Positions 1 through 9,279 of a stretch of DNA of 64,000 bases are shown piece by piece; position 1 is the first letter of the stretch, and every line of letters begins with the position of its first letter. A model generated the notes under the pieces. The model was not told the origin of the DNA and searched no databases. It saw only the letters and a list, made by a program, of their open reading frames with translations. Source of the stretch: Bacteroides uniformis (GTDB taxonomy: Bacteria; Bacillota_I; Bacilli_A; RFN20; CAG-826); contig CAVIBR010000001.1 of NCBI GenBank assembly GCA_963641445.1, forward strand, positions 244,920 through 308,919, in the 5' to 3' direction. A program made the position numbers and the translations under genes.

Positions 1-77
1 ATGATTCAAATAGATGCAAAAGGAAGATTAAAAAAGAACTTCCAACAGAAATATTTAAGAAAGGAGAAGAAGCAAAT

Positions 78-278
78 ATGAAAAAGACAGTGAAAATTAA
101 AGGGATGATGTGTCAACATTGCGTTATGCATGTTAAAGACGCTCTCTCAAAAATCAACGGAATTTCCAACGTCGAAGTGTCCTTAAAAGAAAAACAAGCG
201 ACTTTTGATGCAAAAGATGTTTCCGATGAAGAAATCTCTAAAGCAATCGAAAATGCTGGTTATAAAGTAATCAAATAA
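78..278 (+). CDS. copZ: Copper chaperone CopZ (heavy-metal-associated domain protein)
   Basis: 66 aa; N-terminal GMMCQHC metal-binding motif (MxCxxC) typical of HMA/CopZ ferredoxin-like fold; RBS AAGGAGAAG upstream. Confidence 0.85.
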   Translation: MKKTVKIKGMMCQHCVMHVKDALSKINGISNVEVSLKEKQATFDAKDVSDEEISKAIENAGYKVIK

Positions 279-282
279 AGAA

Positions 283-345
283 AAAGGTCTTGTTTTCCAT
301 CGTTAATTGAAAGAAAACAAGATCTTTTTGTTTTCTTCAATTATT
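283..345. terminator. Rho-independent terminator hairpin after copZ (possibly bidirectional)
   Basis: Stem aaggtcttgttttc / gaaaacaagatctt with T-run following. Confidence 0.6.
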
Positions 346-423
346 TCCTATTTGGAATGAGTAACGCCAAAAGAAAAAACGATGATCGAAATGGTCACCG
401 TTATTTTTTCTCAGAATAGATTT

Positions 424-912
424 TTATTGCCTTTTGATAAGAATCATCAAACCATCGATGAATAATAAGACACCAGCAACGATGTAAATGATTTCAACGA
501 CAATTGCAGCCCATTGGAACTTGAATCCCATAGATAACAAGATGATTGCTAATCCAACGACCAAATCAAGAATGTTTGTTAAGATCCATCCGGAATGATA
601 AGCAAGGTTTCTTATGCCATATGCAAATAAGCAAATACCTAAGAATAGGAATGCTATCCAGTAGAAGAGCCAAGCAAATACAACCATCAGGACGCCAAAC
701 AAGATCTGAATGATTCCTGTCGTCACAAATCCTGCAGCAGCATTAAGCACGCCAAAGACAATAAGAACAATACCAATGATTGTAACCATCCATTGAGAGA
801 TGTTTTGGGCGGCTGTTGAGCCACCAACAATCAACAATGCACCGACAATCATCAAAACTATTGCATACCATATTGGAGTAGTGCGGATTTTCTTCGCCTT
901 ATATTTCGCCAT
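424..912 (-). CDS. Integral membrane protein with repeated Gly-rich TM segments (HdeD/DUF308-like)
   Basis: 162 aa, ~6 hydrophobic helices with repeated G-x-x-x-x-x-x-G patterns; no catalytic motifs. Confidence 0.55.
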   Translation of the reverse strand: MAKYKAKKIRTTPIWYAIVLMIVGALLIVGGSTAAQNISQWMVTIIGIVLIVFGVLNAAAGFVTTGIIQILFGVLMVVFAWLFYWIAFLFLGICLFAYGIRNLAYHSGWILTNILDLVVGLAIILLSMGFKFQWAAIVVEIIYIVAGVLLFIDGLMILIKRQ

Positions 913-1155
913 TTCGTTTTTTCCTCCTTTTTTCGCGTTAATTATTTTAGGAGAAAATAATCACATTTAAAGAAAAATTAACTTCATTTCAAAAATAAGA
1001 GGGTTTCGCGGTAGATTTTTGCTTTTTTTTGAAATCCTTACTTCGTTTTCGTCTCATGAATTAAAAGAAGAAAGCACTCATCATTAATTTAGACGTACTA
1101 AGAAACCCAATTTCGGTAAAAATAAGATTGAACTAGATGATTTTTGAACGTGAAA

Positions 1156-1202
1156 ATGTCAATTCACGCACGAATTATGTCAATTCACGCACAATTTGTG
1201 CC
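1156..1202 (+). promoter_or_regulatory. Candidate operator: 16-bp direct repeat x2 (ATGTCAATTCACGCAC) with internal inverted repeats, upstream of sugar-transporter/GH3 operon
   Basis: Exact 16-bp repeat at 1156-1171 and 1177-1192 (21-bp periodicity); GAATT-n5-AATTC and GTGAA-n8-TTCAC inverted arms; followed by near-palindrome GCACAATTTGTGC. Confidence 0.45.
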
Positions 1203-1283
1203 ATTTTTCGGTGTTGGCGTGTTTTTGTTTTGCAAAACGTTTATCATATATGTAAAGGCTTACATTATATTAAGGAGCATTTT

Positions 1284-3281
1284 ATGTCGAAGAACAATTC
1301 AAAAAAATCGATCTTCACGAACCCCCTCTTGTCCACCAAAATCAAGAGCAGTAGCGTGAAGCTCTTCCCAGAAGCAGCCCTTGGCTATCTTCTAGGGCCA
1401 ATCCTCGCCCTGATCTCGAATGGCGTTGTAAACATCTGGCTTATCCAATATTGGGATAAAGTCTTGATGCTTGGAGATTGGAATCCTTTATTCGAGACCC
1501 TTTTGCCAATTCTCTCTGCCATACTTATCGTTATAGGCAACCTCTTTGTTGGCAAATTGATGGAAAAGAAACCTACAATCGCAGGTAAAGCAAGACCATT
1601 CATTCTATTAGGAATGCCTCTTGTTGCTATTGCCCTTTTGGTTTTATTCATCGTTCCTCTCCCAACTGGAAACGGAACTGCTGCCGATATTGGTGGAACG
1701 GGCGGAAGTTTCTCTAATCTTTGGGCTAGTATCATCATTGCAATTGGCTATAACCTCTATTACGCCTTTGCTTGGCCAATCTATTACACATCACATTCAG
1801 CATTAGTTAACCTTTCAACAAGAGATGGTGGATCCCGTGGTCTTCTTTCTACTTGTATCATGGCCGCTCAGCTTGGCGCTGCCGGACTCTCTGGCATGGC
1901 TGGCGGTATCTTAGTCGACCTTATTGGCTTACTACCTGTCTATCACGTCAATAGCCTTGATAAAAACTTCTCAACCTATAAAGAAGCACTTACTGCAGCA
2001 GGCGGAAATGCTTCAGATATTCTTACGAAAATCACCCCTGCCGAAGCTAATAGCAAATGGACGATTCTTATGATCATCATGATTGTCTGCTTAGTCATCG
2101 GCTGCTTACTTGAATATTATTTCACCCGTGAAAGAATCACCGAAGAAAACGTCAAGACCCTTGAAATGAAAGAAGTTAACGGACAAGCAGATGCAACTCC
2201 AGTTTCAAAAGGCGTCACGATGAGCGAACAAATCTATATTTGTATGCATGACAAATATTGGTGGATCATCATGATATTCTTCTTCCTCTATCAATTTGGC
2301 GGACAGATGAAAAACAACGACCTTTCATTCTATTCCCAAGCCTTCACTGGCGGAACTTCACTCTCTTCATTTATCAATACCTTAGGCGCTATCCCAACGG
2401 CATTAGGCATGTTACTTGTATGGCCTCTTGCTAATAAATTCACCAAATCAAAGACGATTATTGGCGGATGTGCGGTTGCCTTCCTTGCTTCCCTTCTCTC
2501 ATTCATTTGCTTAATTCCTAACGCAGGAGAAGCAACAATCTGGTCTGTTTCTATCGTTTCCTTCATGATTAAGGCTTTAGGAACTGCCCCAGCTATGTAT
2601 ATCTCTTTAGCCCTTCTTGCTAACGTTCTTGATCACCAAGAAGCATTATATGGTAAGAGAACAGATGGCTTCACGATGTCCATCTATGGTTCCATCATGG
2701 TTGCCATGTCTGGTGTTTGTAATGGCATCATCGCTGGTCTTAATTCCGCTTTCCCTGAAGGAGGAAAAATGCTCCACACAATCCTTGGCTATATCGTCGA
2801 GGGTGGTTGCTACCTCATCATGGGACTTATGTTCTTGGCAATGAACGTTGAAAAATTCACAAAGATTGATAATGCGACAATCATCGCCGATCAAAAAGCT
2901 AAGACTTTAGCCGAAGGAAAAGAATGGCTTGAGTCAGAAGAAAGAGCCGCTAAAGAAGAAGCTGAAAACGCTCGCTTAGTCGAAGAAGCTCGTATCGCCC
3001 AATTAAAAGCTGATTGCGAGAAGAAACGTCTTAGCTTCGATGAAGAAAATGCAAAATTCCTTGCTGAAAAAGCAAAGAAAGATGCAGCTGCAGCTCAAAA
3101 GAAAGCTCAATCTGAAGAAAAGAAAGCTGCAAAAGAAGCACTTAAGAAAGCAAGATTCGATGCTCTTCCAGAGGATAAGAAAGCTAAGATTATTGCAAAA
3201 CAAGAGCAAAACGAAGAAAAGATTGCTTCGGAATTTGCCGTCCTTAAAGAAAAAGCCAAAGAAACAGGCTTGGCTGCTTAA
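1284..3281 (+). CDS. Glycoside-pentoside-hexuronide (GPH)/MFS-type sugar:cation symporter with long C-terminal Lys/Glu/Ala-rich coiled-coil tail
   Basis: Start chosen at ATG 1284 (RBS AAGGAG 8 nt upstream; the 1137 ORF extension has no RBS); ~12 TM helices with MelB/GPH-like layout; last ~140 aa are low-complexity KEAA-rich (EEAENARLVEEARIAQLKAD...KKAAKEALKKARFD). Confidence 0.7.
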   Translation: MSKNNSKKSIFTNPLLSTKIKSSSVKLFPEAALGYLLGPILALISNGVVNIWLIQYWDKVLMLGDWNPLFETLLPILSAILIVIGNLFVGKLMEKKPTIAGKARPFILLGMPLVAIALLVLFIVPLPTGNGTAADIGGTGGSFSNLWASIIIAIGYNLYYAFAWPIYYTSHSALVNLSTRDGGSRGLLSTCIMAAQLGAAGLSGMAGGILVDLIGLLPVYHVNSLDKNFSTYKEALTAAGGNASDILTKITPAEANSKWTILMIIMIVCLVIGCLLEYYFTRERITEENVKTLEMKEVNGQADATPVSKGVTMSEQIYICMHDKYWWIIMIFFFLYQFGGQMKNNDLSFYSQAFTGGTSLSSFINTLGAIPTALGMLLVWPLANKFTKSKTIIGGCAVAFLASLLSFICLIPNAGEATIWSVSIVSFMIKALGTAPAMYISLALLANVLDHQEALYGKRTDGFTMSIYGSIMVAMSGVCNGIIAGLNSAFPEGGKMLHTILGYIVEGGCYLIMGLMFLAMNVEKFTKIDNATIIADQKAKTLAEGKEWLESEERAAKEEAENARLVEEARIAQLKADCEKKRLSFDEENAKFLAEKAKKDAAAAQKKAQSEEKKAAKEALKKARFDALPEDKKAKIIAKQEQNEEKIASEFAVLKEKAKETGLAA

Positions 3282-3297
3282 TTCTAGGAGAAACGAA

Positions 3298-5745
3298 ATG
3301 AAACATCAAGATATCTTAGATAAGCTTTCCCTCGAAGAAAAAGCCTCCTTGCTTTCAGGAAAAAACTTCTGGGAAACGCAAGAAATTCCTTCCGCTAACG
3401 TTCCTAGTATGTTTCTCTCTGATGGTCCTAACGGCCTTAGAAAACAGGCTAAGGCCGCTGACCATTTGGGATTAAACCCATCAATTCCAGCTGTTTGTAT
3501 GCCAACAAGTGCTACATCAGCATGTTCTTGGGATCCTGAACTCTTACATTTAGTTGGTAAGACAATCGGAGAAGAAGCGGCTGCTGCTGATGTCTCGCTC
3601 CTTTTAGGACCTGGCATAAACATGAAAAGAAACCCACGCTGTGGAAGAAACTTCGAATATTTCTCTGAAGACCCATATCTTGCTGGCAAACTTGCCGTTG
3701 GATATACAAATGGCGTTCAAGAAAATGGCATAGGCGTTTGTTTAAAACACTTTGCTGCCAATAACCAAGAAATTAGAAGAATCACATCAAACTCCGTTGT
3801 TGATGAAAGAACCCTTAGAGAAATATATCTCACTGCTTTTGAAATAACCGTCAAAGAAGCAAAGCCATTATCGGTCATGTCTTCTTACAACAAAGTCAAT
3901 GGCATATATGCCAACGAGAATCCCCACCTGTTAAAAGAAATCCTCCGCGATGATTGGGGATTTGATGGAATTGTCGTTTCAGACTGGGGTGGCGATAACG
4001 ATCGTATTGAAGCAGTTAAAGCCCAATCTGAGCTTGAAATGCCTACAACCGATGGTGAAACAAATAGAGAAGTTGTCCAAGCCGTTAAGGATGGTCGCTT
4101 AAAAGAAGAAGATGTTGATATTCTTGCTGATGGCATCATCGATGTTGTCTTAAAAACCACCGAGAACCTTAAGAAGGCCCCAAAAGAATTTAACAAAGAA
4201 GAACATCACTCCATCGCTCAAAAAGTCGCAGAAGAATCTCTCGTTCTCTTAAAGAATAAAGACAACATCCTTCCATTAAAAGAAGGAAGCAAGATTGCCA
4301 TCGTTGGTGATTTTGCAGAAAATATGCGTTACCAAGGCGCAGGATCTTCCGTTGTTAATCCTTTGAAGGTTGATCAAATCAACGATGTTCTAAAAGAATA
4401 CAAACTCAACGTCGTTGGATACGAGCCAGGTTTCAAACGTTATGGCAAGAAGAACCAACGTTTAATCGATAAAGCCCTTAAGCTTGTAGAAAAATGCGAT
4501 ACCGTACTTCTCTTCTGCGGATTAGATGAAGTCACTGAAGCAGAAGGCATAGATAGAGCAAATATCCGTCTTCCGGGAAATCAAAGAGAATTAATTTCCG
4601 CTTTGTATCACACGGGAAAGAAAATCGTTCTCATCATTGAATGCGGTGCGCCAATCGAAATGCCATTTGCTGATAGAGTTGACGCTATCTTACATGCATA
4701 TTTAGCTGGTGAAGCAGGCGCTAGAGCAATCATCAACATCCTTGTTGGAAAAGTAAATCCATCAGGAAAATTGGCTGAATCATATCCATATGGCTATGCA
4801 GATTGTCCATCCGCTGACCACTTTGGAAAAAACGATAAGAACATCGAATATCGTGAAGGCCTCTATATCGGTTACCGTTATTACAATGGTGATAAGATCG
4901 GTGGAGCACGTTTCCCGTTCGGTTATGGCTTAAGCTATACTACATATAAATACGATAATCTTGTTGTTAGCAAAGATGGCGTTAAATTCTCCATCACTAA
5001 CACTGGAAAAGTCGATGGAAAAGAAATTGCTCAGATGTATATTGGCATGAAAGATTCAAAGATCTTCCGTCCAATCTATGAATTAAAAGGTTTCAAGAAA
5101 GTCTTTATTAAGGCTGGAGAAACCGTTGAAGTAAGCATTCCATTTGATGAATATTCATTCCGTTACTGGGATACAAAAGAAAATAAATTTGAAACTGAAG
5201 GTGGAACATATCAAATATATGTTGGACCTTCATCTAAAGAACTCCCATTAACCGGAGAAATCAAGGTTGAAGGAAAAGATGCCTCTGGAGTATACGATAA
5301 GGAAAAACTTTCACATTACTTCTCAGGAGACGTCAGACAAATCGGCGATGATGAATTCAAAGAGCTTCTTGGTGGAGAACTTCCTCCAAAAGATGAAGCA
5401 TTCGTCAAGAAACACCGTATTGTCGTTGACTACAATTCTTCGATATCTGATTTACATTATGCGAAGGGCTTTGCGGGCAGGCTTTTTGCCGGGTCAATCC
5501 GCTTTGCGATTAAATTTTTACGCAAGATTGGCAAAAGAACTACTGCAAATACCCTCGTAATGGGTGTATACTACAACCCAGTTCGTGCCTTATCTAGAAT
5601 GACAGGCGGAGCAATGAGCATGGCCCAGCTCGATGGTCTCATCATCATGTTCAATGGGCATTTCTGGAAAGGACTTCACCATTTTAACAAAATGGGACGT
5701 GCTAGAAAGAAAGAAAAAAAGGCCAAGGGGAAGAAAGAGAAATAA
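3298..5745 (+). CDS. Glycoside hydrolase family 3 beta-glucosidase (BglX-like) with C-terminal basic extension
   Basis: Start at ATG 3298 (RBS AGGAGAAACGAA). GH3 signatures: KHF(A)ANNQE, VVSDWGG (catalytic Asp), FPFGYGLSYTTY, FnIII-like domain; extra ~170 aa basic tail ending RARKKEKKAKGKKEK. Confidence 0.85.
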   Translation: MKHQDILDKLSLEEKASLLSGKNFWETQEIPSANVPSMFLSDGPNGLRKQAKAADHLGLNPSIPAVCMPTSATSACSWDPELLHLVGKTIGEEAAAADVSLLLGPGINMKRNPRCGRNFEYFSEDPYLAGKLAVGYTNGVQENGIGVCLKHFAANNQEIRRITSNSVVDERTLREIYLTAFEITVKEAKPLSVMSSYNKVNGIYANENPHLLKEILRDDWGFDGIVVSDWGGDNDRIEAVKAQSELEMPTTDGETNREVVQAVKDGRLKEEDVDILADGIIDVVLKTTENLKKAPKEFNKEEHHSIAQKVAEESLVLLKNKDNILPLKEGSKIAIVGDFAENMRYQGAGSSVVNPLKVDQINDVLKEYKLNVVGYEPGFKRYGKKNQRLIDKALKLVEKCDTVLLFCGLDEVTEAEGIDRANIRLPGNQRELISALYHTGKKIVLIIECGAPIEMPFADRVDAILHAYLAGEAGARAIINILVGKVNPSGKLAESYPYGYADCPSADHFGKNDKNIEYREGLYIGYRYYNGDKIGGARFPFGYGLSYTTYKYDNLVVSKDGVKFSITNTGKVDGKEIAQMYIGMKDSKIFRPIYELKGFKKVFIKAGETVEVSIPFDEYSFRYWDTKENKFETEGGTYQIYVGPSSKELPLTGEIKVEGKDASGVYDKEKLSHYFSGDVRQIGDDEFKELLGGELPPKDEAFVKKHRIVVDYNSSISDLHYAKGFAGRLFAGSIRFAIKFLRKIGKRTTANTLVMGVYYNPVRALSRMTGGAMSMAQLDGLIIMFNGHFWKGLHHFNKMGRARKKEKKAKGKKEK

Positions 5746-5751
5746 CCTTAA

Positions 5752-6783
5752 ATGTCGGATAAATTAATAACATTCTGTATCCCATCATATAACTCTGAGG
5801 CATATCTTCATTATGCTTTGGATTCTTTAATCCCTGCTGGCGATAAGATTGAAGTTTTAATAATTGATGACGGATCTAAGGACAATACTTTGAAAATTGC
5901 TAAGGAATATGAGGAGAAATATCCAAATATTTTCAAAGCAATTCATCAAGAAAATAAAGGGCACGGTGGAGCAATAAACACTGGCCTTTCATTTGCTAAT
6001 GGAAAATTCTTCAAAGTCTTAGATTCAGATGACTGGGTCGATCAAAAAGGTCTTGAGACTCTTCTTGAATATGTTGAATGCCTCAAACAAGGGTATGATG
6101 TCGATATGATTTTGATGCCATATCGTTATGTGCATTCATATGGAGAAGACGGAAAAGGCAAATTAATTAAATATGACTCATTCATAACTCCAAACAAAGT
6201 CATTGATTGGAGTGGAGTCACTAGATTTGACTATGGTCACAACTTCACTTTGCATTCCGTTATTTATAAAACAGCAATGCTAAAGGAAAGTGGCATCGTT
6301 CTTCCTGAACATTGTTTCTACGAAGATAACTATTTTATATATGCACCTCTCCCTCACGTGAAGCATCTTATCTATCTCAATCAAGAACTTTATCAATACC
6401 TTCTTGGAAGAGATGGACAAAGTATGCAAACAGCAAATTTGATTAAACGCACAGAAAACCTCGAAAGAGTTGCTAAACTTGCCTTCGATAGCGTGGATTT
6501 AGAAACCATAAGAAAGAAAGATAAGCATCTCTTCCATATTCTTAGACATCAGCTTTGTATGATGGTAACTGCTCCTTTGATGTATGTTACCTATAAAGAA
6601 AAAGCAGTAGCTAGGAAAGAAAAGAAAGAGTTTAAAAACTCATTAAAAAAGAGCAATCCAAAGCAATATAAGATGATCATCCGCCGTTTCCAAGTTCATG
6701 GGCCTTCCTTGAATAACGGAATCGGAACGGCATATTCGAGATTCTTCCTTTGGACTGCTAGAAAATACGGTTCAATCAATTAA
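5752..6783 (+). CDS. Glycosyltransferase family 2 protein
   Basis: N-terminal FCIPSYNSEAYL...IDDGSKDNT...LDSDDW (GT-A fold, DxD motif); 7 nt after GH3 stop, so likely co-transcribed. Confidence 0.8.
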   Translation: MSDKLITFCIPSYNSEAYLHYALDSLIPAGDKIEVLIIDDGSKDNTLKIAKEYEEKYPNIFKAIHQENKGHGGAINTGLSFANGKFFKVLDSDDWVDQKGLETLLEYVECLKQGYDVDMILMPYRYVHSYGEDGKGKLIKYDSFITPNKVIDWSGVTRFDYGHNFTLHSVIYKTAMLKESGIVLPEHCFYEDNYFIYAPLPHVKHLIYLNQELYQYLLGRDGQSMQTANLIKRTENLERVAKLAFDSVDLETIRKKDKHLFHILRHQLCMMVTAPLMYVTYKEKAVARKEKKEFKNSLKKSNPKQYKMIIRRFQVHGPSLNNGIGTAYSRFFLWTARKYGSIN

Positions 6784-6804
6784 TTAAAGAAAGGAAACAC
6801 AATT

Positions 6805-7158
6805 ATGAAAAAAGCTTCAAAAGTAATGTACATCATTGCCTTAGTCCTCACCATCATTGGTCTTGTTGCTGCCGTTATTATGGACATCTCTGGCATTCTT
6901 GCCATGACTGGCCAAACAAGTGGCCAAGCACCTGACGCTGGAATGACTTGGGCACAAGCCGGAGCGACAACTCTTGGATTCGGTATCTATTTAACAATCG
7001 TTTGCATCGTTTCAATTATCTTCCTTGTTTGGGCAAAGAAATCCGTTGGAAAAGGCAATACCCTTCCACATATACTTGCCATTGTCATTGGCGTTATTGG
7101 TGGAGACATATTTCTTATCCTTGGCGGTATTTTCGGAATTCTCGCCATTAAGCAATAA
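6805..7158 (+). CDS. Small membrane protein (3 TM), hypothetical
   Basis: 117 aa, hydrophobic helices, RBS AAAGGAAAC upstream. Confidence 0.5.
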   Translation: MKKASKVMYIIALVLTIIGLVAAVIMDISGILAMTGQTSGQAPDAGMTWAQAGATTLGFGIYLTIVCIVSIIFLVWAKKSVGKGNTLPHILAIVIGVIGGDIFLILGGIFGILAIKQ

Positions 7159-7196
7159 CATTTAACAATCCTCATATATCATTTATAATTAAGGAC

Positions 7197-8861
7197 ATGT
7201 TGAACCGTCTTGTAATTAACAACCTAGCCATCTTTGAAAACATTGATATTTCTTTCAAGGATGGCTTTTCTGTTTTAATGGGAGAGACTGGCGCAGGTAA
7301 AAGCCTTATGATTGATTCCTTGTCTCTTCTTTTAGGCGCAAGAGCATCCTCTGAGTTAATCCGTCAAGGAACAAACAAAGCAACAGTAACAGGTTATTTT
7401 TCTATTTCACGTCCAGAAATAAACGCCTACCTTAGTAAAATAAACGTTCCTATTAATAACGAAGAAATTGTTATTGAACGTATCATTTCCCAAAACAAGA
7501 ATCTCGTTAAGATAAATGGGGTTAATTGCTCCCTAAATGATTTACTATATATCTCTAAATATCTTGCAAACATTCATTCCCAATTCGATTTCGAAAAAAT
7601 CCTAAATCCCGAAAATTACCTAGATATCCTTGATGGATTTTCTTCTGAACTCACAAAAAGATTGAAAGATGAATATGTTATTTTGCTAAATGAATACAAA
7701 AAAGCAAAATCGGAATATCAAGACTTGCAAAATAAGAAAGCAAAATTCCTTGAAGCAAGGGATTTCTACGAATATCAATACAAAGAACTGAAAGGAATGA
7801 ATCTAAATCCAAACGAGGAAGAAGAAATCTCTTCAGAGTTAGCTTTATTAAAGAATTACGACAAGATTTATTCTCTCATCAATGAGTCGAATGAAATAAT
7901 TGATGGGACTTTCATGGATGATTTTTACGTTTTGAAAGAAAATCTCTCTAAATTATCTTCCTTTCAAAAACAATACGAAGAGACGTATAAAAACCTTGAT
8001 GAACATTACTACGCAGTAGAAGACCTTCTATCTTCCTTGAAAAAAGAATTCAGAAACATCGATTACGATCCAAATAGATTAGATGAATTAGAACAAAGAG
8101 ATTCTGATCTTTCTTCATTAAAAAGAAAATACAAGAAAAGCATTCCTGAACTCATATCTTATCTTGATGATCTAGAAAAGATGATTGGAAAAGATTCCTC
8201 CTTTGAAGATTCGATAAAAGAAAAAGAAGAGGAATGCAAAACTCTTTTAGAAAAAACCCTCTCAAAAGCCAATGAATTAACAATTGTCCGTGAAAGAAAT
8301 GCCAAACTAATCGAAAAAGAATTGATCGATACATTAAAAGACCTTCTTTTGAATGTTAGATTCTCCGTTCTTTTCAAAGAACATAAAAACAATGAATCTT
8401 CCTTAAAAGATAATGGGGTTGATGAAATTGATTTCCTTATTGAAACAAATATCGGTGAAGGATTAAAGCCTCTTGCAAAAGTCATCTCAGGCGGAGAGGC
8501 ATCAAGAATCATGCTTGCATTCAAGACCTTATTTGTCAAAGCCAATAAGATTCCAACCGTAATCTTTGATGAAATCGATACAGGAATATCTGGAGAAACA
8601 GCTCAAGCAGTCGCTAAAAAGATCAAAGAACTATCCTTAAGCACCCAAGTTATTTCCATCACCCATATGCCTCAAGTCGCTTCTATTTCTGACCATCATA
8701 TTTTGATTTCTAAAGAAGTAAAAGATGGACGCACCTATTCAAAAGCAAAAGAATTAAGTATCGAAGAAAAGATAAGGCAGATTGCTTATCTTATTTCCGG
8801 AGGGAAAGTAACCGAGAAACAACTCGAATATGCTAAAGAAATGGTTTTAGGCTCCAATTAA
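7197..8861 (+). CDS. recN: DNA repair protein RecN
   Basis: N-terminus MLNRLVINNLAIFENIDISF...GETGAGKSLMIDSLSLLLGARAS matches RecN Walker A region; SMC-like coiled-coil middle; C-terminal signature/Walker B (VIFDEIDTGISG). Confidence 0.85.
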   Translation: MLNRLVINNLAIFENIDISFKDGFSVLMGETGAGKSLMIDSLSLLLGARASSELIRQGTNKATVTGYFSISRPEINAYLSKINVPINNEEIVIERIISQNKNLVKINGVNCSLNDLLYISKYLANIHSQFDFEKILNPENYLDILDGFSSELTKRLKDEYVILLNEYKKAKSEYQDLQNKKAKFLEARDFYEYQYKELKGMNLNPNEEEEISSELALLKNYDKIYSLINESNEIIDGTFMDDFYVLKENLSKLSSFQKQYEETYKNLDEHYYAVEDLLSSLKKEFRNIDYDPNRLDELEQRDSDLSSLKRKYKKSIPELISYLDDLEKMIGKDSSFEDSIKEKEEECKTLLEKTLSKANELTIVRERNAKLIEKELIDTLKDLLLNVRFSVLFKEHKNNESSLKDNGVDEIDFLIETNIGEGLKPLAKVISGGEASRIMLAFKTLFVKANKIPTVIFDEIDTGISGETAQAVAKKIKELSLSTQVISITHMPQVASISDHHILISKEVKDGRTYSKAKELSIEEKIRQIAYLISGGKVTEKQLEYAKEMVLGSN

Positions 8862-9104
8862 AGCCTTAACATCATCAATCGTGAAATTAGAGATCAAGCG
8901 TTTGGCCTCTTTTTCATTTTCATAGGCAATTAATGTCGGAAGAGAAAACACGTTATTATCAAGTGCCATATTGAATCCATTTTTTCTATCCGTCTCAGCT
9001 AAAACAAATTCAATATCATTTCTGTTTGCTAATAATTCTTTTATCTGAGGCGATATAATTTTGCATTTCCCACATGTTTTTGATGTATACAAGACTATTT
9101 TCAT
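8847..9104 (-). CDS. Thioredoxin-like small redox protein
   Basis: 85 aa with CGKC (CxxC) active-site motif near N-terminus; thioredoxin-fold length; 3' end overlaps recN stop by 15 nt (convergent). Confidence 0.65.
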   Translation of the reverse strand: MKIVLYTSKTCGKCKIISPQIKELLANRNDIEFVLAETDRKNGFNMALDNNVFSLPTLIAYENEKEAKRLISNFTIDDVKALIGA

Positions 9105-9169
9105 ATAGAGGTATTTTGCATGTTACATTTTTGCTTATCAATGATTATTTATTTTGCTAGAATTATTGA

Positions 9170-9260
9170 TGTTAAGGAGAGTAGCGTTAAGCCTAGTATT
9201 CGTCAACACGCCTTCGGGCCGGAACTAGGCGGCAATTGCCTCGCAAGACCTTACCGATGT
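9170..9260 (+). ncRNA. yybP-ykoY family Mn2+-sensing riboswitch (5' leader of P-type ATPase)
   Basis: Leader contains the conserved GGAGAGUAGCG 5' element, GUCAACAC internal element and CGCAAGACCUU 3' element in correct order/spacing; sits 20-110 nt upstream of ATG 9280. Confidence 0.7.
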
Positions 9261-9279
9261 TTTCGATAAGGAGAAAAAT

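Noticed and set aside
1-81. Short frame-1 ORF at window start overlapping copZ ATG
   Set aside because: Only 26 codons visible; it may be the 3' end of an upstream gene (e.g. a CsoR/CopY-type regulator), but too little sequence to call.
1023-1030. T8 and A8 homopolymers (1023-1030; 52654-52661) as phase-variation tracts
   Set aside because: A/T runs of this length are expected by composition in an AT-rich genome. Unlike the G8 tract they are not positioned inside a recognisable promoter spacer.
1137-1283. N-terminal extensions of the transporter ORF (1137) and of ORFs at 3040, 31272 and 36629
   Set aside because: The extended regions translate intergenic, operator or overlapping-gene sequence and lack RBSs. 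Internal ATGs with AGGAG-type RBSs (1284, 3298, 31287, 36707) give canonical N-termini/signal peptides.
1385-1738. Numerous 60-140-aa ORFs on the opposite strand inside long genes (e.g. 1385-1738, 3306-3689, 8159-8545, 9594-10331, 37562-38046, 56344-56700)
   Set aside because: Fully embedded antisense to well-supported genes, no RBS, and compositionally biased products; typical shadow ORFs.
8847-8861. 15-nt convergent overlap of recN and thioredoxin-like gene 3' ends
   Set aside because: Small convergent overlaps are common and no functional implication is supported.
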